A stretch of 64,000 nucleotides of DNA from Lepidodermella squamata (GCA_047495785.1 JBLDXI010000054.1:1860001-1924000), one strand, 5' to 3'; positions 47,101 through 59,220 are shown, numbered from the stretch's first letter. Program-made: numbers and translations. The notes: generated from the sequence alone by a model not told the origin.

Positions 47101-50100
47101 TGCACCTGGCGGCCGAGGGTGGCCACGCCGAGGTGGTTCAAATTCTACTATCAGCCGGCTCCTCGGCTTTGGCGGAAAATAGCGATGGCATGACTTGCAT
47201 GCACCTTGCTGCGAAGGAAGGCCATTCAAATGTACTTGCAGCTATGCCGGCAAACATATCATGGGGCTCCCCCAGTGTTAAGGTTAGACTGAAAAATGAG
47301 GTGTAAACTAATCTAACAATGATCTGAATCGTACAGACTGGCCTCACTCCACTTCATGTGGCTGTGTACTACGCACAGGTAGATCTTGTTCGCGAAATGG
47401 TGACGAGGGTGCCTCCTGATTGCAGAACTGAAAAAGCTACAGCTTACAACATCAAGGATGAGCGATTAATGGCCCTGATAATGCTTGATGTATGAAACCA
47501 CCCAGAACTAGAATCTAGAATTCATGACATTTTGAATGTTTCAGTACGGTCTCACGCCGCTTCATGTCGCTTCTTACGCTGGTGTTGATAAAGCAATTCG
47601 AATGCTTCTCAACCTTTCTGGAGTTGATGTTGAGGCTAAAAGTGCTGTTCTAGTAAGAGTTGCCTTAAAATTACTTATGGAAGATTCAGAAACAAACAAT
47701 TTAGAGAACTACACCCATCCATCTCGCAGCTCAGGCCGGGCATCTCAATGTGACTAGCTTGCTTCTATCTCAAACTTCAGCCCTTTTAAAACTCCAAGAC
47801 GCTCGAGGCCTGAAGCCCTTGCATCTCGCAGCTAGAAATGGCCATTGCGACATGGTGGCTAGTCTTCTGTCACAAGGATCAGATATCAATACGTCAGATA
47901 ACGTGAGTTTTGATGATCTGTCCTTGAAATCAAGTCGTCTACACGTGATTTTAGCATGGTTGGGTTCCTTTACATCACGCAACAAGATGCGGTCAGTTAG
48001 GAGTCGTCAAATTATTGCTAGAACTCGGGGCTAACGTGACCCATGCAACTCGTGACGATCGAGTTCCACTCAGTCTCTCAGCCGCCTCAGGTCACGTGGA
48101 CGTATTCATGTATCTTTTGACGAAAGAACATAACACTGAGGCGTTGATGGAGGACAAGAAATTTATTCTGGATCTCATGAAATGCGGCAAATCCAATCAT
48201 CAGAAAGCGATCGAAGAATTCTGCCTTGTTGCGGAATGTCCTTTAGAAATAGCCGCGAAACTCAGCTTCCTCTTCCTCAAGAGGTCGACACTGGATATTG
48301 ATCACGAGAAAGACTTCTCGGCCGCAGCTAAATTCTGCGAAGAGCTGACAGGGAAATTAATGGCTATTGCCTCGAATATGTCATCGCCAAGCAAGATTCT
48401 TAAGGCAGCAGATAAAAATGGCGTCCCTTTCATCGATATTCTGGTCGATGATAAATTGAAAACGGTTGTAGCGGACGCGGCTGTTCAAAGATACCTAACT
48501 GATGTTCTGGAGGGCGATATCGGTCTTACTGGCCCGAAGTTGTTCGGCGTTTTCCTTCTATTCGTTTTCTGCCCACCAGTCATGTTTGCAGCATCTTTAC
48601 CTTTCGGTCACACCTATCACAAAGTTCCTATAATCAAATTTATGTGTTCAGCTTCGGCTCATATGCATTTCATCTTTGTTCTTTGCACTGTTGTTGTTGT
48701 TCCGATTTATCCCAACGCGCATAGAGACAGCTTCTTGCCTACGTGGAACGAGTATCTGCTATTGATGTACCTTGGCGGAATACTGACAGCCGAATTGACG
48801 AACCCTTCGAATGGATCTGGAGGTCGAATAGTTCGAGGCATGACCTTAGCTTTCTCATCGGTCGCAATTCTGCTTCAAGTCATAGCCATAACGTATCCTA
48901 TCATGACCTATGAAGCCCAGATCCTCATGTACACCAGAAATGTGGTATTCTCCTTACCTGTTATGATATCAGTCCTGTCTATCATTGAGGTGGGTCTTTG
49001 CTAGCTGTTTCTGTTATACCTAGTGGCTTTTTATTCAGATTTTGACCTTTAACAAAATGTTTGGCCCTCTCAGCATCATTTTGGTCTACATGATTCAAGA
49101 AGCAAGCACGGCTATCATTATTATGCAAGTTTTTTTCGTCGGCTGGTATCTCCAAAATCAGGCGATTTACACGCCGATATGCCCAGGTAAGTCTACGTTA
49201 CATTAATCCTAATGAGACTCTTACCCTTTTTAGACCTCGAACCTAATTTGACTTTGGCCTGTCGGTGTAACGTCAGAGTCCCGCCAGGATGTCCTACGCC
49301 GTACACGAAAGACAACAATGACTTTATAGTTCCTGGCTGCTGGTCGAACGAAGAGTTGATAAAAGATCCCGTCCCTGCATCGTACATAATCGGGCTCATT
49401 CACGGAGCTCTGTTTCAACACGAAGATTTCCTATGGTACTCAGCAGTCCGCAATTCGGGTGAATGGATTCGGGCACCGCAGCAGATTCAGAAATGCTTAT
49501 TTCACATCATTATGGTTCTCATTTTGTTGATGTTAGCCTTGGCTATCGCATCGGACACCCTTGAGAGAATCATCAAACGAGCCGATGAGGAATGGCAGTT
49601 CGGCAGGGCTCAGCTAATCCGCAATATGAGCAAGACTTGTAAGCACTACACTCTATCTTAATTTCGAGTTTCGAGGATTTTTCTTCATTTTCTTTAGCTC
49701 CGACACCAACTCCCTTGAATCTACTCGTGAAGCCATTGATTTATCTCAGAGCTCTCATCAAACGGAAGGGCCTATTATGCACGTCCTATGCTCCTTATTA
49801 CATGATGCTGGAGGAAGGGATAGGCGATGCCGGCGAAGGCGAATCCGAAGAGCCAGGGATTTTCGACGACGCGATTAAATGGATCAAGGACTTGATTTAT
49901 CAAAAACGGGTTGATGTGCTGCTCCAAAGCGCTCTGCAGGCCCATTCAGATGTGTATAGCGGAGGTCGTGCGCGTAAGATGGACATAAAAACTGCGAAAG
50001 CCAAGGAAAAAGCTGCTCGAGAAGAGCAGAGGCGGCAGCGTTTGGAAGCTTTCCTCCCTGAGCCTTTGCATGAAGCTATCAATTGGGAGAGCGTTGTCGA

Positions 50101-50345
50101 ACGGCATCGTGAAATCGAAGCTGAGGGTAGCGAGGACGAGTATATTGAGCAGCTCGACTGCACAATGAGTGAGCTTGAGGATTGGCAGGCCGAAATGTGG
50201 GAGGAATTGGAAGAGATTGAGGTAACAACATTTTTTATTAAAAATTCATGCTTCAATTTTCGATATAATTAAGGATGATGAGGAGCGGCTAACAATGGCA
50301 GCGTGGATGGTTGAGGAGTTCAAAGATATTGTTAAGCGTACATGA
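44183..50345 (+). CDS. nompC: TRPN/NOMPC mechanosensitive channel (about 29 ankyrin repeats + TRP membrane domain), multi-exon
   Basis: About 29-30 ankyrin repeats counted across spliced exons. TRPN-type segments EHNTEALMEDKKF, HKVPIIKFM, FGPLSII and TRP box DEEWQFG..LIRNM..PTPLNL. Final exon 50274-50345, AATAAA near 50395. Confidence 0.93.
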
Positions 50346-50748
50346 GTTCGCGTATTATTATATCAATTATATCTGTTGAGCAACATAGCACATCAATAAA
50401 CACAACTGGAATAAAAACCCACAAGTATTTGGTGATCATTTATTAATCATTTAAGGCTATCATTCAACCAAGGCATGCAGTACGTTAGTATCCTACACTA
50501 TCACCCAGTTTTGACAATATTTGTGTACCTTTGTAAACTTAAATTTCATCGCTGGGAGTGAATAATACGCGATGATCTTTTATTCATAATTATTCAAATA
50601 TTATTGTTCATCTTTAGACTTAAGACACGTGAGAAGAATTGACAGCTGAACTTGCTTGGAGTGGTGCCATTATCATTAACGGCACCCTGGATCGAAAACA
50701 TAGACAATATATCAAGCGCAACTACTGAGGTGAACAAAATCGCCAGCC

Positions 50749-50755
50749 TATAAAA
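50749..50755 (+). promoter_or_regulatory. TATA box of the peptide precursor gene
   Basis: TATAAAA about 120 nt upstream of ATG 50868. Confidence 0.55.
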
Positions 50756-50867
50756 CGTGGCTAGAAATGGTGAACAAGTCAATTTTCATCAACAGCAATA
50801 TTTCATCAAAAGCAAATTTGTTTTCGAATACTTTATCAGTCAGTCCTTTAATTTGAAGCCAGAAATA

Positions 50868-51866
50868 ATGATGTACAAGCTAACGATAGCAGCCTGCTTG
50901 GTGAGTTTTTCCTACTGATGAACACTTTACATAACGATGATAATTACGTTTTGAAACTAGGTAGCAGCAGTCATTGCAAACCCGCTCATGGAGGCCATGA
51001 GAGGCGAGAGCGAATACCAAGAAGCAAAACGTGAAGACAACTACCAGGAGGCCAAGCGCGGTGAAGAGAACTACCAGGAAGCCAAACGTGGGGAAGAGAA
51101 CTACCAGGAAGCCAAACGTGGGGAAGAGAACTACCAGGAGGCCAAGCGCGGTGAAGACAACTACCAGGAGGCCAAGCGTGGGGAAGAGAACTACCAGGAG
51201 GCCAAGCGCGGTGAAGAGAACTACCAGGAGGCCAAGCGCGGTGAAGAGAACTACCAGGAAGCCAAACGTGGGGAAGAGAACTACCAGGAGGCCAAGCGCG
51301 GTGAAGAGAACTACCAGGAAGCCAAGCGCGGTGAAGACAACTACCAGGAAGCCAAACGTGGGGAAGAGAACTACCAGGAGGCCAAGCGCGGTGAAGAGAA
51401 CTACCAGGAAGCCAAACGTGGGGAAGAGAACTACCAGGAGGCCAAGCGCGGTGAAGAGAACTACCAGGAAGCCAAACGTGGGGAAGAGAACTACCAGGAG
51501 GCCAAGCGCGGTGAAGAGAACTACCAGGAAGCCAAACGTGGGGAAGAGAACTACCAGGAGGCCAAGCGCGGTGAAGAGAACTACCAGGAAGCCAAACGTG
51601 GGGAAGAGAACTACCAGGAGGCCAAGCGCGGTGAAGAGAACTACCAGGAAGCCAAACGTGGGGAAGAGAACTACCAGGAGGCCAAGCGCGGTGAAGAGAA
51701 CTACCAGGAAGCCAAACGTGGGGAAGAGAACTACCAGGAGGCCAAGCGCGGTGAAGACAACTACCAGGAAGCCAAACGTGGGGAAGACAACTACCAGGTT
51801 GCCAAGCGTGGTGAAGACAACTACCAGGAGGCCAAGCGCGGTGAAGAGAACTACCAGGAAGCATAA
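50868..51866 (+). CDS. Multicopy secreted peptide (neuropeptide-type) precursor, 312 aa
   Basis: Exon 1 50868-50900 and exon 2 from 50961 (intron gtgagt...ctag) give signal MMYKLTIAACLVAAVIA. This is followed by 29 peptides separated by KR. Repeat variation is almost all synonymous in this frame. AATAAA at 52073. Confidence 0.9.
51030..51863 (+). repeat. 30-bp coding tandem repeat with 60-bp higher-order periodicity
   Basis: Alternating GGGGAAGAGAACTACCAGGAGGCCAAGCGC and GGTGAAGAGAACTACCAGGAAGCCAAACGT units. Six identical 60-mers at 51361-51720. Confidence 0.97.
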
Positions 51867-53256
51867 ACAACTTGAGCGATGACAGCAGTAAGCTCTGTTA
51901 CGGTCTACCACCAGGAAGTAGAGTTTTTTGTGGTTTCGTCCAACGGTTTCATCTGTTTCACCTTCATTGCTCTTAAAGCCATAATCCTCTCATTTGTTAT
52001 TCGCAATAATAGCTGGCAATCATGTGTAATATATATCGCTTCATCAAGTCATCATAATCGCCTTGCAAATTGAATAAATAATGCAGTTCGTTCCAAGTTA
52101 CGAATGGCTTTTCCACATGTAGAAAATGGAAAAAATCTCATATAATTTCAATTAGTAGGTGAATAATTTCAACTGTAGTTAATTTCTTATTTCTTAACAG
52201 CAGGAATGGCTCGCTCGTCCTGTTTCTCTGAAAGAAGTATATGAAACAAAAAGAAGTTGAATATTCGCCTCGTCGTTTTTCAATCGAGGTGGAAAGTTGA
52301 TTGATGGAGAAACGACGCATTTTGAGCCAGGCAACCGATTGACGACGAACTTCGAACTTCTAAAGTTCTCATCTGAGTTTTAGTATGGTGTTCAACGTGG
52401 CATGGTCATAAGACATAAGACGTTACAGTGTCCTACAAGTCAAAACTTTAGGGACCCATTTAGCAAACAATAAGTTGAACAAGCTCAAGAACAAAACTGG
52501 CTAAGTTTTAGTCTTGATTCTTATCTAGATATCTAGTTGGGTATATTCGGCCTAGTCGGCATTATCAAGGTCATTCAACAATAAGCAACATAACTATCAG
52601 GTTTGCGGCGAAGTCCAGCTTTACGCAATCTGGAACAAAATTTGTATCCCTAACGATTTCCCATCGTGCAATGCATTACTGACCCTTTCGATATAGGTAA
52701 TGCTGCTACATGATGAAATGGTGTCGATATGAGTTCAATTCCAAAATGGACATGAAGAACAAACTCACAGAATATAGTTTATTTTAAAGGCATTTAGGAA
52801 TATTGTGATAGTAGTTGGAGCCACGTTCAGTGAACCATGAAGGCAGCTCCCTGGCTCCTCTGAAACACTCTATGCAATGCTATGGGCGCTATATTCATAA
52901 GAGGTTAGATTATTACAGAGCAACAATCACTACAAATAATAATAAAAACGCTCGAAATGAGAAATTAACGGCTAGGAAAAGTGCGAGACTGCAAGGCGTC
53001 CAACTATGTGAACTAAAAATAATGTAGCTGCTATACAGTTGAAATGAATCTAGGTGTGGCAAAGCTACTTTCAGGAGAGATTTGAGAACTATTTTGTTCA
53101 ATCGAAGGCCTCTCGATCCAATTCTCAAACGCTAGAGTTTGAACCCCAAAACATGTGTACAAGGTTGCACAAAGCAATATAATCAATGATCAATTCAGAT
53201 ACGAATAACAAACTAAAATGTAGTCTGCTGATGCGTGATATCTTGCTTGATACTTC

Positions 53257-56200
53257 CTAGCTTGATGCCACTTCAATCTCGCAGATTGGATAGGCGTCAG
53301 TATTGCAAGCCTTGTCGTACCACTCGCTAGAATGCAGATTATCCTCGTAGCCGAAATATATGCAACCGAGAGATGCATAACGGGGGTCGTTCGTCAGCAA
53401 GGGCCTTCCCGTCATGTAATTTGTGAATGTTACCGTTGTCCCAGTGTCCCATATCGGATACTGACCGGTTGCGTCGATACGTGACGATATACCAAGATGG
53501 TAACCATATACGCTGCCCTGCCATTTCCCTATTTGAAGAACGTCTAATTTAAGTAGAAAAAGGAACTCAATGGCATACTTCCAAGATGCATTGTTATGCT
53601 TGTTATATAATGCTGCTCCGCCTCGCTCTCTATCGTAAGTAGGTGAGACTTGGTATTCTGGCAAATAGTGGTGGCCTCGGCTCGGTTTCTAGGCATCCTA
53701 TAGATTATGTAGCAACTACCAAGGAAGTAATACGGACACCCTGTGGAAAATAGACAAATTCGTCCAGGTAATCAATTCCCCGCGTTTGACTTACAATCTT
53801 TCATGTCTAGGCTACAAATCGCACTTGCATTTGAGTCGAAGCGCTCAGTCGTCCATTTATATTGTACATCATTGTTCAGAGTGATTGCGGCGTACGGCTG
53901 GGACGGATCCGTGAAAACCTGACCAGCTGCCCAGTCGGATTCGGCTGAATTCATCCAGGGTGTATCGATCGAAAAAAAACTTAAATAAAGCTAACTCACC
54001 ACACATTGGCAAAGGATCGCAATATTCCACAGTCGTCTTATCATCATCCCGCACGCAGAAAGGGCCGTTTGGCATCAAATCTGGGTCTGGATTCCTGCAG
54101 TAACGATGCACAGTGCTTTGCTCAGGGAATCGGTATAGCATTTGGCTGTAGACTGTAGCGTTCCACCAGGCGCATAATGCCCCACTGGCAGTTTTCGACA
54201 TTTCACCGTTATACTCTCGACCTGATGGCGTGAATCGGCAATCTTGTGGATATGACTGGCTTATCGCTTTCAAAAGGCAATCCGTTTACTCGCAGTATTA
54301 ATCAAAAGCTTTTCTGACTTACGGATTTCGCATATTGGTACGTGAAGATCCCAATCCGCAACGTCGGTGAACCAGTCTTTTCCAGCTCCATTCATATACT
54401 CACCAGGATATTTGCTAGGACTTAAAAATAGAGATGATGCAAAATGAATTCAGTAATTTAACCCTTATAGCGGGTCTCGCTATAGTTAAGGCGAATTGCT
54501 GCCAATAGGCCATTTTTCACTCTACGCAATTTCCTCATTTCAACGCTTATTGCAGATCCCCTTTAGAAAAGTGAAGGACGAGAAATTCAAATTTCGCATT
54601 TTTTGCAAATTAAATTTGCATATTTGAATCTTCATTATCATTCAAATTGGTATAATTTATGATAACTCACGGGTTCATCGGCCAGACTTCATACGCTGGC
54701 GAACCATCAAGGTACAACTTATTTATCAGTGATGTCCAATTAGCAGGGTTGGGATATGTTGAAGCGTTCACAGCTCCGTGATCGAGTACCATCTTGGGTG
54801 TTGGTTGTTTGATTACTTCGAGGCGCTCGAGGGTGTTTTGCAATAGTCTTCGTTTCTGTGGAGAGTGGACTGGCATCGTCAAGGTTCCTCCCATTTTCGA
54901 ACACCTGGCAGCATGCTGGGGAGGCTTCAAGCTCTCCAAATCCACAATTATCAAACACGTGTCATGATATCTCACATCTCACGCCGTACGGGCACGGGCC
55001 TTTGTCAATGTCTGTTGGGTAGTATGCAAAGCTTGGACTGCTGACATGATCTGTCCTCAACGGAGCAGTGTAGAAGATACAGCATATACCTGTGGCCGGA
55101 GGGTCGTATTGGTGCTGATAGACCACGCATCTACCAAGCTTGCTTTTGCAAAAATCTGCACATCTCGTCGCTGACATAAAGTTGCTAGCCGTTCCAAAAG
55201 CGCAATTGTATGTTACGGACATCACGGTGCCATTTAAATTGATGCCAGATCGCATGGATGGCGGTCGAGCCTTGTGAATTTTGTCGTAGATCCACGCGTC
55301 GACTTCCATGTCAGTCATCGGGGCGTTGCAGGATGCTTTTTTCAGATAGCAAGATTTGGTTTTTCTTGTGAATGTGAATGCGACGCACTGATCGCGATAG
55401 ACGCGGTCGCACATGTTGGCACACTCCCGAGCGTTCTTAACGTTGTGTAATTCGGCAAGATCATTCTGGCCACAGTCGCCCTGTCGCCGTATGTAGCCCT
55501 TCACCTCTTGAATCGGCCGCGGCCACACGTTTGCAGAGAAAGCAGCGTAGCCAGTCCACCATTTCTTCGAATTAGGCGATGCGTTTTGCTTGAGAATCTG
55601 CAAAACGATTGCGAAATAAATAGCTATGGCCAATTTTCAAGAGCAAATAAGCTTTCAGCACATTTCAAATGTATTGGCATATCGAGATTGGCGTATCGCA
55701 GCGCTCTAGCGCTCTATTACATAGAGGATCTACATATTCACTCACATGATAACGTTAAGGTGACGCTTGCGCCCTCAGGTTAAGAGTCTAGGCTCATTTC
55801 GTTCTCAATCTTTGTGAATTAGAAACTCTGTCCCAACTAGGATCCTTGAACTAAGGGGTATTTTCGGGCCAAAGTTATATGACCAAAGGGACCCTGTGGT
55901 TTTTTTGAGTTTTTCCAATTTGAGGGTACGATTCCCACCTGTACTTCGCGCACTAGGCGCCCCTGAGAGCGTAGGGTTTCAGTTTTACGCACGCTCTCTC
56001 CCTACGTTGTACCAGCAGTAAGTCTCACTGAGGCTTCAGGCCCGGTGACGTCGGAAAATAAATTATTTGTATATTCTATGCTTTGGAATCGATATTCGTT
56101 TTGCAGGCTGTAGTTTCGTCAGCTGCCAATCATAGCGCATAATAAGCGCAATAGGCGTGAAACATAAAAACAAAAGCTGATAAAATCTGGGGCGGGCCTA

Positions 56201-57343
56201 TTTTGTGCTGTTATACCAGTTAAGTGTCCACCTAGCACAACCCTTTTCGCTACTATACAATTTTGATTTGGAGTAGATTTGCGTTAAGCCGTCCTCGACC
56301 GGCGCAAAAGATTTTGCCCGGCTTATTGAATGCCCGCTTTATTGCAAGCCGGACTGGTTCGGCTCTAGAAGAAATGGTGAATTTCTTCACAAATTATTCA
56401 AGAATATCAAAGCTATGAAGAGATGAAATATTTACGAGTGAAGCGAATTTGACGATCGAGAATCAAGAGCAAACAATGATTTGTTCAAGCCTGCTATCGT
56501 TTTTGCTGATAAGCCACTAAATGCAGCTAAGACCGGGTTTTCATGTTCTCCAGATGAAATTTGTACTATTATAAGCCGGACTTTTTGTTGTTAAATTCAC
56601 TAAAAATCGGTACTTTATAACGCAAGTCCGGCTAGTTGCTACTATTTGTGTGTGAAACGCTAGACCGCGGCACGAGCCAAGCAAAATGGTCCGGCTTATC
56701 GCAAAACTACTGTATTAGTAAAACATCAATAGTATAATGCTCTTAACTCTTATCATATTTTTGGCTTAAAGTCGAATTTTCCCATCCCAGCTAATCAAGA
56801 AACCTGGTATAGCTTCTGCCGTTGTTGCACGTTTTGAAATGTTACCAGCTCCGACTGAAAATTTTCGCTGCAAACCTTCCACGAATACTGACGCCAGAGC
56901 GTTTCATTTTGTAACAGGTAACACCTGTCGTTTTCATTGTCCGAAATCCAGCCTGGAGGACAAAAGTGGCTCTGAAAGGCCGAAAATTCTTTGTGCTACT
57001 GGCAATTATATTGTGTACTACTAACCCTGTAATACATTTTATGATTTCCTTCCGAATCTCGCTCCAAAATTGGCAACGGACTTGCCGATCCGATGTGGCT
57101 GTACAACTTGCAACTTCGCTTCGTTTTGCTGTAGGCGAGGCTACTACACCTTGCGTTTCCCGTGCAGTAGCCCGTGCATGAAGTTAACGAATCAACTGAT
57201 CCTTCGTAGTGCGGCGACAGAGTCGCTGGTAGCATGCCTTCAAATTCAGGCTTGCTCACCCATTTCTCGAAAGTACTCAGCAACGATTGGCAATCGCTGA
57301 GGCAGAAAGCCCCTGCGGAAAGCATCCAAATGAGCAGAAACAT
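53257..57343 (-). CDS. Secreted mosaic: PAN, split CTL, PAN x2, CTL, kringle, CTL (one frameshift at 54969-54982)
   Basis: Signal MFLLIWMLSAGAFC; PAN (SCTGYCTGNARCSSLAY..CKLY); CTL starts CPPGWIS..CY and CPYGVRYHDTC; kringle GREYNG..C..W..YCRNPD..GPFC..EYCD; terminal CTL. Some internal splice junctions are unresolved. Confidence 0.8.
55838..55917. repeat. Second copy of the dispersed repeat seen at 4125-4207, in an intron
   Basis: Reverse complement GGAAAAACTC..AAACCACAGGGTCCCTTTGGTCAT..AAAATACCCCTTAG aligns to 4125-4207. Confidence 0.7.
56271..56714. mobile_element. Degenerate MITE (Tc1/mariner/pogo-like TACAGT end), intronic
   Basis: GAGTAGATTTGCGTTAAGCCGTCC at the left end versus reverse-complement CAGTAGTTTTGCGATAAGCCGGACC at the right end. 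Internal AAGCCGGAC motifs in both orientations. Confidence 0.55.
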
Positions 57344-57765
57344 TGGGGTAGGGTTACCTAAATATTCATAAAAATTGTCGACTTTTTAGAACACTAACTA
57401 TTTCTTAGCCATGAGGTTTCCAAATTTCACAGCAGTCTGCAAACAGTCAAAACCCATGTGATTAAGCTTATAGAATCTCATGAGCTACTTTCTCACCGCT
57501 ACCGAGCCATCGCTGTTCAAAGTTGAAAAAGGGAAACACTGAGAACCTCTCGACGGCGCCCTAAATTTGCATTGAAGCTTCATTTCTGAACCCTGAACCT
57601 AAACTGATCAGCGATGGCTCGGTAACATATAGACCGAAGTACGACCGCGGAACTGGTAGGTTCTGACTGTTTATGGTTGAAATTTGGGAACCCCATGGTT
57701 AAGAATTAGCAAGTTTTCGAATAATTGGACAATTTCTATGAATATTTAGGTAACCTTACCCCAAT
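57342..57765. mobile_element. Long foldback MITE-like element
   Basis: ATTGGGGTAGGGTTACCTAAATATTCATA / TATGAATATTTAGGTAACCTTACCCCAAT termini. Imperfect complementarity extends inward (CCGAGCCATCGCTG / CAGCGATGGCTCGG). Confidence 0.85.
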
Positions 57766-58337
57766 TAAATGAGTTATGTCTTTATTGAATTTCATTAATA
57801 TCTGGTATTTTTGAGGCTGTGTTGATTTACGATGCTAAGCAGCGCGTAATCAAAGCCTGACTGGCAAGATGGTAATCGCAGTTGTAATTTGATTATTTGC
57901 GGAGCGGCGGCATCGAAATTGTCGTCAACAGGTACAAATCGTTAGCTTGCCTGCTGCTAAGAATAAACGCCTGTATACACATATATAAGTACAGTTCTGT
58001 CTGATGTCTGAGCCAGTGAAGAATGCGCATTTCATGAAATATTAATTTCATTTGAATTTGATGCAGCTGGCTAATCTCTGGTATTTTTGGTCGATTGAAA
58101 TATGCGATGAATAATTGTTATAAGACAATATTACGAAATTATTAGAAGCGTGGTGTGTGTACTACAAGTACTATAGGAATATACAGAGAGAAGATAATAA
58201 AAAAGCTGAAATGAAAGTGCCTTTATACTGTTGATTTTATAATCTAAACTGAGTTTTTATTCATTCAATATTCATAATTCAAAATTGATGTGCTGGTAAC
58301 GTGGAATCTCATTATTATACTATGCAATGGCTTTTAT

Positions 58338-58808
58338 TCATCCAGATACAGCTGGTTTCTCATTCGCTTGCCCAACACGCAGACCGACTCTCAGATCACT
58401 AAGAAGAATCAGAGGAGCTTTCGAAGTCGATTGCGAATCGGTTTGCTCATTCGCCGCCGTGCTCAGCGTTGTCTGTCCACCATCCTCAGCTGTCGTGCTA
58501 TCAGTCGAAGTTTCACTAGCAAGGGTCGATCCATCGGATTCTGAAGCAGTACTTGATACATTATCAGTCACTGTACTTGAACCATCGAGTGCAGACGATG
58601 CTGATTCGGTTGTATCGGCAGTTGCACTTTGAGCAGCAGCGTCAGGGATAGCTGTAGATTGGCTGGGGTCCAATGTTGTATCCTGAGAGGTTGTGTCCTG
58701 AGAATCGCTAGCAAGAGTTGTTGTAGTGCTCTCCTCGTCTGGAATAGGAGCTGCAAGAGCAACAGCCGTAAAACAGACAATAAAAACAGTAAAAAGCTTG
58801 AAGTTCAT
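58338..58808 (-). CDS. Secreted acidic Ser/Thr-rich (mucin-like) protein, 156 aa
   Basis: Signal MNFKLFTVFIVCFTAVALA, S/T/D/A-rich body, downstream AATAAA on the minus strand. Confidence 0.8.
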   Translation of the reverse strand: MNFKLFTVFIVCFTAVALAAPIPDEESTTTTLASDSQDTTSQDTTLDPSQSTAIPDAAAQSATADTTESASSALDGSSTVTDNVSSTASESDGSTLASETSTDSTTAEDGGQTTLSTAANEQTDSQSTSKAPLILLSDLRVGLRVGQANEKPAVSG

Positions 58809-59220
58809 TGCTAACTGATACTCAAGTACTTCTGAGGACGAAACTAACTTCTGTTGAGAATGGCGGCCATTTAAATGACCGAGTTGACGTGATTACACTA
58901 CTCGTGTGGGTGGAGACAATTACGCTTCTTCACGTGATGACGCATGTATATTCCAATAGTAACATTTAGATGCTCACGCGATGTGTCATGAAAACGTGTT
59001 TAGTCCCTGGGCACCTCAGTTGAGTCTGCGCCCAAAGCCAAGCCGAGTGCAAGAGACAGTTCAGCTTTCAGCTTTCAGTTCTACTTTGCTCGTTTTATTT
59101 CAATCCTCAAACACATAAAACCGATGAAGAAAAATATTATTCAGTATACAAATTAATTACAGACATTCAATCAAAGTGAAATCTTGGGATATTATTTCTA
59201 TACGGTTTAGCCTTTAATAG

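Noticed and set aside
51030-51863. CRISPR-like or non-coding satellite interpretation of the 30-bp array
   Set aside because: There are no unique spacers, the context is eukaryotic, and the variation is synonymous in a frame with a spliced signal peptide.
50880-51911. Alternative-frame ORFs (hydrophobic 343 aa and Pro/Trp 294 aa on minus; KRTTRRPSAV 283 aa on plus)
   Set aside because: These are shadows of a stop-free repeat. Unit differences are non-synonymous in these frames, and they lack promoter, splice or polyA support.
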